DNA from: Octopus bimaculoides
Lineage: Eukaryota
NCBI RefSeq assembly: GCF_001194135.2
Contig: NC_068984.1
Span: 79,708,420 to 79,754,496, forward strand
Direction: 5' to 3'
DNA length: 46,077 bases
Positions 11,536 through 24,944 of this stretch are shown one piece after another. The position numbers and the translations under genes are program-made. The notes beneath the pieces are model-generated. The model was not told the DNA's origin. It ran no database searches and saw only the letters and a list, made by a program, of their open reading frames with translations. Numbering within the stretch: the first letter of the stretch is position 1; the number at the start of each line of letters is the position of its first letter.

Positions 11536-12406
11536 GGAGTGGCTGTGTGGTAAGTAGCTTGCTTACCAACCACATGGTTCCAGGTTCAGTCCCACTGTGT
11601 GGCACTTTAGGTAAATGTCTTCTACTATAGCTTCGGGCTGACCAAAGCCTTGTGAGTCGATTTGGTAGATGGAAACTGAAAGAAGCCCATCGTATATATG
11701 TATATATATATNNNNNNNNNNNNNNNNNNNNNNNNNNNNNNNNNNNNNNNNNNNNNNNNNNNNNNNNNNNNNNNNNNNNNNNNNNNNNNNNNNNNNNNNN
11801 NNNNNNNNNNNNNNNNNNNNNNNNNNNNNNNNNNNNNNNGGGTGTTGTGAGTGTTTATTGAGCGAAAACACCTAAAGCTCCATGAGGCTCCGGCAGGGCA
11901 TGGTGGCGAACCCTGCTGTACTCTTTCGCCACAACTTTCTCTCACTCTTACTTCCTGTTTCTGTTGTGCCTGTAATTCAAAGGGTCGGCCTTGTCACACT
12001 GTGTCACGCTGAATATCCTCGAGAACTACATTAAGGGTACACGTGTCTGTGGAGTGCTCGGCCACTTGCACGTTAATTTCACGAGCAGGCTGTTCCGTTG
12101 ATCGGATCAACTGGAACCCTCGACGTTGTAAGCGACGGAGTGCCAACAACAACATATATGTATGTATGTATGTATGTATGTGTGTATATATGTTTGTGTG
12201 TCTGTCTTTGTTCCCCAACATCGCTTGACAACCGATGCTGGTGTGTTTACGTCCCCGTCACTTAGCGGGTTTGGCAAAAGAGACCGATAGAATAAGTACT
12301 AGGCTTACAAAGAATAAGTTCTGGGCTTGACTGCTTCGACTAAAGGCGGTGCTCCAGCATGGCCACAGTCAAATGACAGAAACAAGTAAAAGAGTAAAAG
12401 AGTAAA
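11536..12406 (+). mobile_element. SINE family A, full length, with a nested insertion in its central microsatellite
   Basis: Head ggagTGGCTGTGTGGTaag..GGTTCAGTCCC (A/B-box-like). The 3' half resumes at ~12160 and ends in (aaagagt)n. Confidence 0.9.
11840..12153 (+). mobile_element. Young retroelement 3' end with (CAA)n tail, nested in SINE A
   Basis: Ends in gtgccaacaacaac and is CpG-rich. The last ~190 bp are homologous to the 3' part of SINE B (10386-10550, reverse) and to 39550-39735. Confidence 0.75.
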
Positions 12407-12939
12407 CTGATTGTGTGATCTTTGAATGTAATGTATGGTGTATGTTGAGCTAAATATCTTATTCTATTGCATATAATGAGGCTTGAGGCTATGTTTTGGG
12501 TTTGAGGGTTTATAGAATTCCATATATTAGTGTCAAATTTGTTGCAATCGTTGGCAATATTATTGGATAATAATTTCAGCATATGTTTGTCATGGAATTG
12601 AAATATTTTTACAGTATGCTCATTATATACCAAATTTTACATTCTGTTTTTTCATAATTATTCATAGATTGGTAACAAGAAACATAGACATGAATCATGA
12701 AGATTCAGCTTCCAGTTGATTATTCATACACACAAAGGTACATACATACGTACATACACACGTGTATGCATGCATACACACACATACACACGCATGCACT
12801 CACACACATGCACACACATTTATATACAGAGAGGTTTGATGTAACAAACAGGAAAAATAAACTTCAATATATGAGATACATATATATATTTTTAAACTGG
12901 CTGAAAAGTTTCAGCTGATTAATAGACACACATATATAT

Positions 12940-13640
<701 letters not shown>

Positions 13641-14007
13641 AATCTCTTTATTGTAGCAGAAGTTAAAATGTTTTGTTATTGAGTTTTGTTTGCTATTGTT
13701 GGTTGTTGTGGATGTTGTTGTTATTGTCGGTGTTTTTGGCGGTGGTGGCTGTGGTCTTGGTTAATTGTAATCGATGGCATTCCTCTACTTTTGAATGTTG
13801 TTTTGTCATTACAATATAATACAATTGTCGGATATTGAATATATTTTTATCGTGTTGTTTGATAATCGGGAAATATGGACGGCTGATATGAATTTAGAAG
13901 TGAAGGAAAGGAAAGATAACATATTACATAAACACACACATGCACATACATATGTATCTGTGTGTGTGTGTGTGTGTGTATGTGTGTATATACATGTATG
14001 TGTTTGC

Positions 14008-14038
<31 letters not shown>

Positions 14039-14085
14039 CATGTGTGTGAGTATGCATATTGTGTTCGTGTGTGTATGTGTGTGTG

Positions 14086-14118
<33 letters not shown>

Positions 14119-14257
14119 GGATGATAGTAGATTTACTGTTTCACTTAGAAACTATCTGTAAAGAATGTGTTGGCTTGTCTCTTTCTTTGGTATGTGTGTA
14201 TATGATGTGTTTGTATTCATATTCATACATATATATATGTGTTATTATATATATACA

Positions 14258-15576
14258 TATAAGTAGGAAGGTAGATAAAACACAAACCCCTTCAGGTAGA
14301 TGGCCCTGCTCAGTATGTAGAAAAGGAGTAGGTAGTAACTCTATAAGATGTACCCGGTGCAAGCTATGGACACATAAGAGGTGCAGCAACATCAAAGGCA
14401 GGTTAACTAGCAAGTTAGTTTTTGTTTGTGGCAGATGTTCAGGTGCAATAAAGACTGCAAACAAACAGGAAACAACTTCTATCTCATTCCAGGGTGAAAA
14501 ACTAGAGGTAGTCGATAGCTTCCGCTATCTGGGCGACCAAGTTAGTAGTGGGGGTGGGTGCGCTGAAAGTGTAGCTGCTAGAATAAGAATAGCNNNNNNN
14601 NNNNNNNNNNNNNNNNNNNNNNNNNNNNNNNNNNNNNNNNNNNNNNNNNNNNNNNNNNNNNNNNNNNNNNNNNNNNNNNNNNNNNNNNNNNNNNNNNNNN
14701 NNNNNNNNNNNNNNNNNNNNNNNNNNNNNNNNNNNNNNNNNNNNNNNNNNNNNNNNNNNNNNNNNNNNNNNNNNNNNNNNNNNNNNNNNNNNNNNNNNNN
14801 NNNNNNNNNNNNNNNNNNNNNNNNNNNNNNNNNNNNNNNNNNNNNNNNNNNNNNNNNNNNNNNNNNNNNNNNNNNNNNNNNNNNNNNNNNNNNNNNNNNN
14901 NNNNNNNNNNNNNNNNNNNNNNNNNNNNNNNNNNNNNNNNNNNNNNNNNNNNNNNNNNNNNNNNNNNNNNNNNNNNNNNNNNNNNNNNNNNNNNNNNNNN
15001 NNNNNNNNNNNNNNNNNNNNNNNNNNNNNNNNNNNNNNNNNNNNNNNNNNNNNNNNNNNNNNNNNNNNNNNNNNNNNNNNNNNNNNNNNNNNNNNNNNNN
15101 NNNNNNNNNNNNNNNNNNNNNNNNNNNNNNNNNNNNNNNNNNNNNNNNNNNNNNNNNNNNNNNNNNNNNNNNNNNNNNNNNNNNNNNNNNNNNNNNNNNN
15201 NNNNNNNNNNNNNNNNNNNNNNNNNNNNNNNNNNNNNNNNNNNNNNNNNNNNNNNNNNNNNNNNNNNNNNNNNNNNNNNNNNNNNNNNNNNNNNNNNNNN
15301 NNNNNNNNNNNNNNNNNNNNNNNNNNNNNGGCTTGTGCGGGTGGCACATAAAAGACACCATTTCGAGCGTGGCCGTTTTCGTGCGGGTGACACGTAAAAG
15401 CACCCACTACACTCTCTGAGTGGTTGGCGTTAGGAAGGGCATCCAGCTGTAGAAACTCTGCCAAATCAGACTGGAGCCTGGTGTTGCCATCCGGTTTCAC
15501 CAGTCCTCAGTCAAATCGTCCAACCCATGCTAGCATGGAAAGCGGACGTTAAACGATGATGATGATGATGATGATG
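14258..15576 (+). mobile_element. Young 5'-truncated RTE LINE (PHD finger plus distal RT, gap, 3' UTR, (GAT)n tail)
   Basis: Open frame ISRKVDKTQTPSGRWPCSVC..HKRC..CGRC..LEVVDSFRYLGDQVSSGGGCAESVAARIRI runs up to the gap at 14594. The 3' UTR and (GAT)n follow the gap. Continuity across the gap is inferred. Confidence 0.9.
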
Positions 15577-16369
15577 TATGTATATGTGTATATACATATA
15601 TGTGTGCATGTGTGAGTTTGCATATGTATATCTATATATTTATATGTATATATATATATATATGGACTATAGTATGAAGTTTTGCATATATTTACTGTTC
15701 CTCTTGCAAATTGTCTCTTTCTTTGCTTGAAAAATTATATATACTTGTATTTCTATATGTATGTACATGTAAGTGTGTGGATGTGTGTAAGGGTAATTTA
15801 CTCATTATTTCTGCTGTTCTAATGGCAATGTTACATTCGAAAAAATATCACCTTCTTGTTTGTATTGTACAATATATAAATATATTTTAATTTTAAGTAA
15901 TTAAGAAATGGCTTCACAGAAAATACATATTTTTTAATCTTAGCAGAAAAATAATTTACAAATGAATTCTAGTAAAACTAGGACTCTCTGGAGTTACTAA
16001 ATACGATAAAATATGATGTAAATTTGAAGATAAAATCTAAATATTTAGATCATATTCACATTTAGTTTCATATTTACTTCATAAAATATATAATCTAAAT
16101 ATGAAAATATATGTGTTGCTAACATATTTTTTTCCCTAAGTATAAAAATTAACTTGTTGTATTTCAGGATGGTTATTTTTTTTTCTTTGCCAAATAAACA
16201 CATACATTATATATTTGTTCTTCACTCATTTATTACTGTTCTTATACTAACTCATGTTCATTGTCTGGAAATCTTTCATTACACATATGTGACCTCTTCA
16301 GTAACACATTCCATCCTTGTGTGTGTGTTCCTGCTCTGCATAGTCCATTCTGTTCTTTTATTCATTCTT

Positions 16370-16530
16370 TTATTCTTTTTCAGTCATTTGAGTGTGGGCA
16401 TAAAAGGTACTATTTAGTAGTTATTCTGTTGGGCCACTTTTCGCTCAACTACTAAGTTACAGGATATAAACAAACTAATACTGGTTGTTAAGTGGCAAAA
16501 GACAAACACAAACACACATGCATACACACA
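16370..16530 (-). mobile_element. SINE family A, 3' half
   Basis: ttcagtcatttga.tgtgg..ccactaagttac..ggttgttaagtgg..gacaaacaca. Confidence 0.65.
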
Positions 16531-16710
16531 CTATCAGGTTCACTAAGCTTTTAGGCAAAAGCTGAAGTCCTATAGTAAACCTTAATCACTTACTATTCAG
16601 TTACCCCATCAGTAAATGGTACGAAGGATGTGAGCAACTGCTTATGAAAAGGCATGTATGTTATATAAAGCTTTAAAATACCAATAAGTTTTTGTCCCTT
16701 TCTCATTATG

Positions 16711-16746
<36 letters not shown>

Positions 16747-17192
16747 NNNNNNNNNNNNNNNNNNNNNNNNNNNNNNNNNNNNNNNNNNNNNNNNNNNNNN
16801 NNNNNNNNNNNNNNNNNNNNNNNNNNNNNNNNNNNNNNNNNNNNNNNNNNNNNNNNNNNNNNNNNNNNNNNNNNNNNNNNNNNNNNNNNNNNNNNNNNNN
16901 NNNNNNNNNNNNNNNNNNNNNNNNNNNNNNNNNNNNNNNNNNNNNNNNNNNNNNNNNNNNNNNNNNNNNNNNNNNNNNNNNNNNNNNNNNNNNNNNNNNN
17001 NNNNNNNNNNNNNNNNNNNNNNNNNNNNNNNNNNNNNNNNNNNNNNNNNNNNNNNNNNNNNNNNNNNNNNNNNNNNNNNNNNNNNNNNNNNNNNNNNNNN
17101 NNNNNNNNNNNNNNNNNNNNNNNNNNNNNNNNNNNNNNNNNNNNNNNNNNNNNNNNNNNNNNNNNNNNNNNNNNNNNNNNNNNNNNNNNNNN

Positions 17193-17232
<40 letters not shown>

Positions 17233-17904
17233 CTTGGGTGTGGCTGTGTAGTAAGAAGATATAAAATTATATATATAAAATTTTGGAAGAAAAAATGTAA
17301 ATAATGAATGAGTGGAAATTGAACCAGTGAGTGTGTTACATGTTAAGGCAGTATGACTCTCCCCAGACACAACAGAATTTGTTTCAACACATAAATTTAC
17401 ATAAAGAATTTTGCAAATCAGATTTAAAAATGAAGTATGTATGTATGTATGTATAAACACCAACACATTTTATAAACAGTGTAAAGGAAAATTTGATAGC
17501 CTCTATTACTGGACCTTGAAGTGACATGCATTTTAAATTATTGTAGATGAGTGATGTCTTGTTAGTTAAGATTGAGGTAAAGGAGAATTTGATAGATTTG
17601 ATAGCTGATCTTGAAGCGATGTGAATGTTGAATTATTATAGATGTTTGATGTTTTGTTGGTTAAAATTACAGGGTACAGTTTCAGTTGTGATTTCGTATG
17701 ATATTGGATTAAATATTTTTATATTGGACAAATTTACAGAACAATCAAATATTTATTTTCTCCTCTTTCACAATCACATTGCAGAATTAAAAAAAAAACA
17801 TCATCATCATTATTATTATTAATGTTATTATTACTGAGTGAGAGATCAGCACATGCTATCTAAGTGATGCTGGGGTACAAATATACAAAACCTAATATAC
17901 TCAT

Positions 17905-18242
17905 CATAACTACATGTCTGAGATGTATTTACGCCAGGTAAATGCATCACAGCCATATGTGCTCAACATGGTGAGTTGCCAGTACCGCTGGACTGGCTCC
18001 TGTGCAGATGGCACGTAAAATATACCATTTCGAGCGTGACTGTTGCCAGTACCTCCTGACTGGCCTTCGTATCGGTTGCATGTAAAAGCACCTACTACAC
18101 TCTCGGAGTGGTTGGCGTTAGGACGGGCATCCAGCTGTAGAAACTCTGCCAAATCAGATTGGAGCCTGGTGTAGCCATCTGGTTCACCAGTCCTCAGTCA
18201 AATCGTCCAACCCATACTAGCATGGAAAGCGGATGTTAAACA

Positions 18243-18281
<39 letters not shown>

Positions 18282-18283
18282 GT
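17905..18283 (+). mobile_element. RTE LINE 3' UTR fragment with (GAT)n tail
   Basis: Close homolog of 15330-15576, with an internally repeated gttgccagtacc..gactggc module. Confidence 0.9.
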
Positions 18284-18544
18284 GATCTCATAACTAAAAT
18301 AAACAGGGCATGATCCTGCAGATGGGGCCCAGTTTGAATTTTATTCAGGTTGACTTGTCCATCTCACTCAAAAGGTCCCTGAATAAGGGTTGTTTAAGGA
18401 TGATGAACAAAACACCCATGTTTCCAGAGGTGAATTATTCAAACCCTAAACAATATCTCTCAACACATGGCTAGTAAGTAGATGACTGGAATTTTGGTTA
18501 CCATGAGTAGGCTTGGGTTGAATACTGGAATAGTTTCTCATCGT

Positions 18545-18650
18545 CCTCTCCCAGCAGGTGGAATTTGAACTCAGGATGTAGAGAGCTGGAAGATAAACTG
18601 TACAATATTTCTGTTGACATACCAATGCTTTTGTCACTCTCCCACCTGCA
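18545..18650 (-). mobile_element. SINE family C head fragment
   Basis: ggaatttgaactcagga is the reverse complement of the B-box-like ctgagttcaaattcc seen in other family C copies. Confidence 0.5.
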
Positions 18651-19479
18651 AATATATGTGTGTGTGTGTGTGTGTGTGCGCGCACGTGTGTACACACACG
18701 GAAATTGAATTTCCAGATTAATTAGAGTAAAAGTATTTCCAGAAAGCGGTAATTATTTTATTGAAATCTATGTAAAACTTGACATTGTGCATCTCTAGTA
18801 ATTTATGTATAATCAGGTTTATGATTACAAAGATTGTTAGTAATTTATTACTTAATATTCAAACTTAATTTGATTCATGTAATTACAAAAGCAATAAAAG
18901 AATTCAAATAATCTTCATGTGTTTCTCTTAATATATTATATACAAAATATACATTGATCATCACTCTATGATCAACAAGTTGGGTTCACCTAGTTTAAGT
19001 TAATAACAGATTGATATATTTAGGACTGATAGTCAGATTTAGGTTAATGATACTACAGTATGTTTTCAGCCTCATTCCTTGTTAATGTTGTGTAGTTGTT
19101 GTCTAGAACAATGTTGGTTTTCATCATGCCATGCTGACTTCTAATAAAATTCCTTTCTGGCTATGATAATTTTGTGACGTTTGCATATCTTGGAATACGC
19201 TGTTCAGTGTGTTGTTCATTCTTGAGAAACTGTGCTAGTATTTGAGTGAAATTTAGCTGCTTCATCTAGTAGATTGAGCTATACTATGTTGATATTACTG
19301 TTTTTTTTTTTTTTCAGGTACCATATTTATGTTTCTTTGTTGGCTGTTCTGCTTTCCTTTTTGTTTGTTGTTGTAGTAATGCTTTTAATGTTGCTTTTAT
19401 GTAATGTGTGAGCTTTCTTCAACTTGTTCAAGCACCATGCCAGCCTGGAAAAGTGGACATGAAAATGATCATGATGCAT

Positions 19480-19730
19480 ACATGCATACATACATACTTA
19501 TATATGTGTGTGTATGTATGTGTGTGTGCATGTATTTGTGTGTGTTTGTGTGAATGTATATATCTGTGTATATATATGTGTGTGTGTCTACATATGTATG
19601 TATATATATATATGTGTACATGTATGTGTATATGTATGTATGTGCATGTATTTGTGCATTTGTGTGAATGTATATATGTGTGTATATATGTGTGTGTGTG
19701 TATGTGTCTGCATATATGTATGTATATATA

Positions 19731-19765
<35 letters not shown>

Positions 19766-19813
19766 GTGTGCATGTATGAATATATGTGTGTGTGTGTGTA
19801 TATAATAATGATG

Positions 19814-19854
<41 letters not shown>

Positions 19855-19855
19855 C
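19480..19855. repeat. Compound (TG)/(TA)/(TATG) microsatellite followed by (AAT)n
   Basis: Directly visible. Confidence 0.95.
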
Positions 19856-20039
19856 CTTTCTATTATGAGCACAAGGCCTAATATTTTTGGGGAGAAGAAT
19901 AGTCGATTGCATCAAAGTGGTTAGTAAGGATCTTCAGATGCTGGGCTTCCCTGAGGAAATAACAAGGGACCTGGAGATGTGGTGAATTGCTGTAGTTGAT
20001 AAGATGCATCAAGCTCAGTCAAATTGCCATCTTCCACAT

Positions 20040-20336
20040 GTAGAGGCTTGTCCTTTCAGGTGCCAGTGCGACTTAAAAAGCGCCCATGCTGCTGCTGCAT
20101 TAATGCACCTGTGCTGGTGCTGCATTAATGCACCTGTGCTGGTGCTGCAAAAATGGTGGCATGTAAAAAGCACCCATCAACCCATCACACTCTACAAAGT
20201 GGTTAGCATTAGGAAGGGCATCCAGCTGTTGAAAGCATGCCACAATGGACAGTTGGGGACTGGACAGCTCCCTGCTAGCCAGCTCTAACTCATGCTAGCA
20301 TGGAAAGAGGATGTTAAATGATGATGATGATGATGA
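20040..20336 (+). mobile_element. RTE LINE 3' UTR fragment, older
   Basis: gtaaaaagcaccc..gttagcattaggaagggcatccagctg..catgctagcatggaaag..(GAT)n, with an internal tandem duplication gctgcattaatgcacctgtgctggt. Confidence 0.85.
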
Positions 20337-20360
20337 TATATATGTATGTGTGCATGTGTG

Positions 20361-20391
<31 letters not shown>

Positions 20392-20594
20392 AGAGTCCAC
20401 CAAAACAAATACACACATATTACAGGAAAACAAAATCTGTATAAATATTTTAATTCAGAGCCATAGAAATTTATTCAGTCTTATCACAGCTTGAGTAAAC
20501 ATCGAAAGAGGTATTTATATTTATAGAAGTACTTACAAGTTACATATGTACACAGAATTTTCCTTTCCTGAAGTGCACATACATTTTTAGGCAG

Positions 20595-20653
<59 letters not shown>

Positions 20654-20899
20654 ATCTGTTTGACTATATATGTATATTTACTCCAATCTTGTTACAAACT
20701 ACCAATTTCTCTATTCGTATCTGGTCTGTTTGAGCTATGATAGAAGACAAGTAACACAGTTGCCCAAAGTGTTGTGCAGTGGAATGAAACATGGAACCAT
20801 CTGGTTTCAATCCGAACTTGTTAACCACACAGCCATGCCTGTACTACTTACTTTATTCTGTCTTTTTGATTGCTTTTGAATTCCTTATGTCTAATATGG

Positions 20900-22100
20900 T
20901 CACTATGTAAAACACTATTGATTGGAACATATTTAATTCTTTGTCGACAAACACAATATCAGGCCATCTTTTATTCTTAAAGCTGATCTTTCTGAATATT
21001 GAATTTCCTGTAATTTTTTTATTATTATTATTTTTATTAATTTTCTTTGATTGTTTTCTTGAAACTTTTCAATTATATGTTGCTATTACTTTGGAGAGTC
21101 TTGAAATCCATACTTTCAACATTGATTTCAGCAAAAGAACTGGAGCACACATAGTGATAGCAATGTTTATTTTTTTTTCTGTTAATCTTTCAAGGCTGGC
21201 ATTTTGTAACCACTAACTGAGTTACCCACATTCTCTGTTGTTTTTCTACAAAGTCAAACTAGGTCAAATTATTCTTGATGGTAGATTCATTTCTTGAAAG
21301 TATTTGTATTCAGTTCTTGATTTTGGGCATCTATCAGAAGGATTTCTATTTTCCTTCTTCCAGGATTCATATATTTTTAAAATTATATTTTTATTCTCTT
21401 TTGTGTCTTAGACTATTGAGAAACTGGTATAAATTTTCCCTCTCTTTTCTCTGTAAATTCTGTCTTTATTGACTCTTCTTAATATTATTCTATTTTAATT
21501 TGATAGCAGATGCTATGAACTCATGTAATAATGAAATATCTAAATGTCTGAGATGTGTTCTTAATAAGATTATATTTCCTTCAGACTATTAACCTCGTGT
21601 TTAAAGATGAAACTTCTATTCTAATAATTTACATCTTGTCTACAATTTGATCAGGTTGATCTCCGATCATCAGACATCATATCCTTAGACTAGGTCTGCA
21701 CATAGCCACAGACAGGAGGGAAATTATTTTCAAAGTAAGGGTTAATAAGAATATTCTCCTGCTGGTCATTGATGCAATAACAACTCTTCATTAATTGCAG
21801 CATGTAAATCTTGATTTGTTCCTTCATTCTCTTCTCAGACATTCAGCATTTAATTCTTTTCCTATAGAGCTTCCAGCCACGAAATGGTATATATCACACT
21901 ACGGTTATCATTATAAAATAAGATAGCCTTTGGCTGACATGTATTCCTCATTATATTTATAGAAGACTTATTTAACATCTGTTTCTGTTTTGGTCAAATT
22001 AATAGTTGCCAGCACTTTACCACACAAATGAGATTGCTCAGCAATTAATCGAATCAATAAAGTTGCAGGAATTTGATTTTGATTTCAATGGTAATTTTAT
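20900..22100 (-). mobile_element. Ancient RTE-like LINE, endonuclease/linker region
   Basis: Minus-strand remnants such as KKITGN..KNK/DGLIL resemble the RTE linker motif (I..ITG.F....IKDKDG.IL). Heavily frameshifted. Confidence 0.45.
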
Positions 22101-22509
22101 GCTTTTGATGTAAATAGCATAATTTTTTAAAATATTATTTTTGTATTTTATCATTTTTTGCTTGTTCTTACATTAATAAAGAACAAAAAGAAACTAGAGT
22201 CTGAAGAATCTAGTGATAGTTTGCATTGACAAAAATCTGTTAATGGAGTTTTCGAAAATTGAATAAGTCTTGGTGCCATGAGGAACAATGAATTGTAATG
22301 TTTTGGATAACACCTTGCTTTAGATTATCAATGAAGGGAAGTATGCATAAAGAATGTAAATGAGTGTAAGATGAAAGGAGAGAGAGAGAGAGAGAGAGAG
22401 AGAGGCTTTGATGGTATTGTCTGACTGGAGAAAGGGGCTGTGGTTTTAACCAATTTTTTGCAGGCCCTCAGAGACTTGTGAAATCAACCTGGCTAATGTT
22501 CTTCTTAAA

Positions 22510-22630
22510 CAGTTGCAAGTTGAAGAATGCAGTTGGAAAAATATGGACATGTAAGGAATTCCACACGGATGATAGTAGAATACCACAAACTAGATTGATG
22601 AAGAGAAGAAAGAGTGAGGCATGTTCGACA
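22510..22630 (+). mobile_element. RTE LINE C-terminal remnant
   Basis: MQLEKYGHVR.. /DDSRIPQ resembles QLRWYGHV.RM.D.RIPK. Confidence 0.5.
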
Positions 22631-22691
22631 GTGCTATGATCTCTGCACACACACACACACACACACTCACCAAGTACTCACACATGCATGC

Positions 22692-22777
<86 letters not shown>

Positions 22778-23174
22778 AAACATATGTAAATGGAGAAAAA
22801 GTAAAGAGATTAAAAAGATTAGGATGTATGTAGGGTCATCATCAGTCAATGTTGGCCACATGTGGGCACATGTATGAATAAGTCTGGGCAAGATTTCTGC
22901 AAGAGAGAGACAATTGCTCATGCATACCAATCTCTCCTCTCCATGCGACTGATGTTTACCCAGGTCGCTGATTTGGACTGATACAGTTTGGTAGCAGTGT
23001 CATTGCAGGTATTACTGTTGAGATAAAAAAAAAAGAGCTAAAACTGATACTGTAAACGACATCACCTGATCTTGCAACATTTCTGCAAATTTACTATTTT
23101 GGATTGGTACTTTTTTTTTTTACTGACTCTGGAAGTATGAAAGGCAAAGTTGATCTTTGCAGATTTGAGTGTAG

Positions 23175-23435
23175 AAAATCACAGCTAATACCATGATGAC
23201 AACCAGTGTTGGTGTGTTTATATCCCTGTAACTTAGTGGTTTGGCAAAAAAAAGTGCTGGGGTACAGTGAACGTACCGGCCGCCTCGGACACTCGGCGAA
23301 GAGCACCCTCGGAGGAACCATACGGGCCGAAACGATTGGGAGGTGGACGCGCTTTTTCATTTGACTGAAAAATCCTTCAACGCTGTGCCCCCGCATGATC
23401 ACAATTTAATGACTGACACAAATAAAAAGATAAAG
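23175..23435 (+). mobile_element. SINE family A 3' half carrying a 92-bp foreign insert
   Basis: gacaaccagtgttggtgtgtttatatccctgtaacttagtggtttggcaaa..gctggggt|insert|ttcatttgact..aatgactgacacaaataaaaagataaag. Confidence 0.8.
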
Positions 23436-23952
23436 GGCACACACACACCCACCCACACATATACACATGCACATACATGCACACATACACATGCACACAC
23501 ACACATATTTATGAATATTCTCATCATCATCATTTAACATCTATTTAAATGATAATGATGAAGATTTGTGTGTGTGTGTTGCTGAGCCTGCAATAAACAC
23601 ACACATGCCAGTAAAATTATGATGGAGAATTTATGCATCTCTGAAGACTTGACAATGCAGTTTGATTATATAATTTATATTATATAACTGATAATAATTC
23701 CTTGTTAATTAAATGCACATGAGATGCTGTAACTAAATAAAACAAACTCTCCTTTCCTGTTTTATTTTGTTTAGTGCATTTGTTCTGTGACATGTCAGCT
23801 GTGGATTCCAACCAAAGTTATACATGGCGTATAAAACTTCCTCGTGGCATATGGGAATACACATGGAGTTCTAAAGACTAGTTATTTGTCATGTAATATA
23901 AATTTTAAATCACATTGTATGTCTGCCTATCTCCCCTTGTATCCTACCCCCA

Positions 23953-24003
<51 letters not shown>

Positions 24004-24065
24004 AATTATTCAAGTAATATATTTAGGACTCAGAACAGAAACACCACTCTCAGTTTCAAAACCCA

Positions 24066-24345
24066 ATCATCATCATCATCATCATCATCATTATCATTAT
24101 CATCACCACCACCATCGTCATCAACTTTAATGTCCTTTATCCATGCTAGCATGGGTTAGATGCTTTGACAAGAGCTGACAAGCTGGAGAGCTACACTAGG
24201 CTCCAATTGTCTGTTTTTGGCTTGGCTTCTACAGCTGGATACTCTTATGAATGCCAACCACTTTACAGAACGTACTGGGTGCATTTTATGTGGCACTGGT
24301 TTGGGTACATTTCTTGTGGTGGCACGGGTGCTTTTTATGTGACAC
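24066..24345 (-). mobile_element. RTE LINE 3' UTR fragment
   Basis: (CAT)n then tttaatgtcctttatccatgctagcatgggttaga..gggtgcttttta. Confidence 0.85.
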
Positions 24346-24944
24346 CATATTTTCTTAAACATTTTCTCTAATTAAGATCATCCACCCATGCTGAGTGCCA
24401 GATCACACATACCAACTATTAAAACTTCTTCCCCTGATTTTCTCCCTCTTTTCTCTCTCTCTCTTTCTCTCTCTCCCTCTTTTCTCTCTCTCATTCTCTC
24501 TTTTCTCTCTCCTCTTTCCTTCACCTTCTGTTAGTAGATGTGAATGTGCATAAAAAAATTTGTATGTGTAGGTGTATTGTATGAGTGTGTAAATGTGTTT
24601 GCACATACATGAATGAATTTGTGTTTAGATGAAAAGGTAACATGTTTTGCAGATGGCAGGACAGCTGAGCCCCCCAAACAATAACCCCTATTCCCATTTA
24701 TCTGCTTATTTACTAATCAAATTCAACTCAATCATCTACATGTGTGCTCTTTCTTAATGGATATAGCCAAAAACGTCTGACTCTCAAGCAGTGTGTGTGT
24801 GTGGTGGGAAGATTCTAGTACAGACTTATGTTCTGCTTCTTGTAAGCATGTGTAGATGTGCATGTATATGCTCAAAGCTCTGTACATAAATCATATGTAT
24901 TTAACACTGGTTACAAAAGTAACAAAAGCACTAAGAAAGCACAA

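Noticed and set aside
11536-11610. tRNA gene (A/B-box-like motifs here and at other SINE heads)
   Set aside because: No complete cloverleaf; the motifs are heads of multi-copy SINEs.
13962-15500. Long ORFs of 270-485 aa in the ORF track
   Set aside because: They are inflated by N runs and microsatellite. Only 14258-14593 is real coding-like sequence (RTE ORF2).
19060-19280. Possible Penelope GIY-YIG C-terminus on the minus strand
   Set aside because: Motif matches need several frameshifts. The segment also weakly resembles 29740-29915 and a CAA-tailed repeat end, so it cannot be assigned.
19408-19924. Cys/Val/Tyr- or His/Thr-rich ORFs here and at 1255-1693, 13004-13656 and 39610-40010
   Set aside because: These are translations of (TG)/(CA)/(TA) microsatellites, which lack stops in some frames.
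22464-22550. AG/GT-bounded 87-nt segment open in two frames (exon candidate)
   Set aside because: The sequence across the putative donor reads QLEKYGHVR..DDSRIP, which is better explained as an RTE C-terminal remnant.
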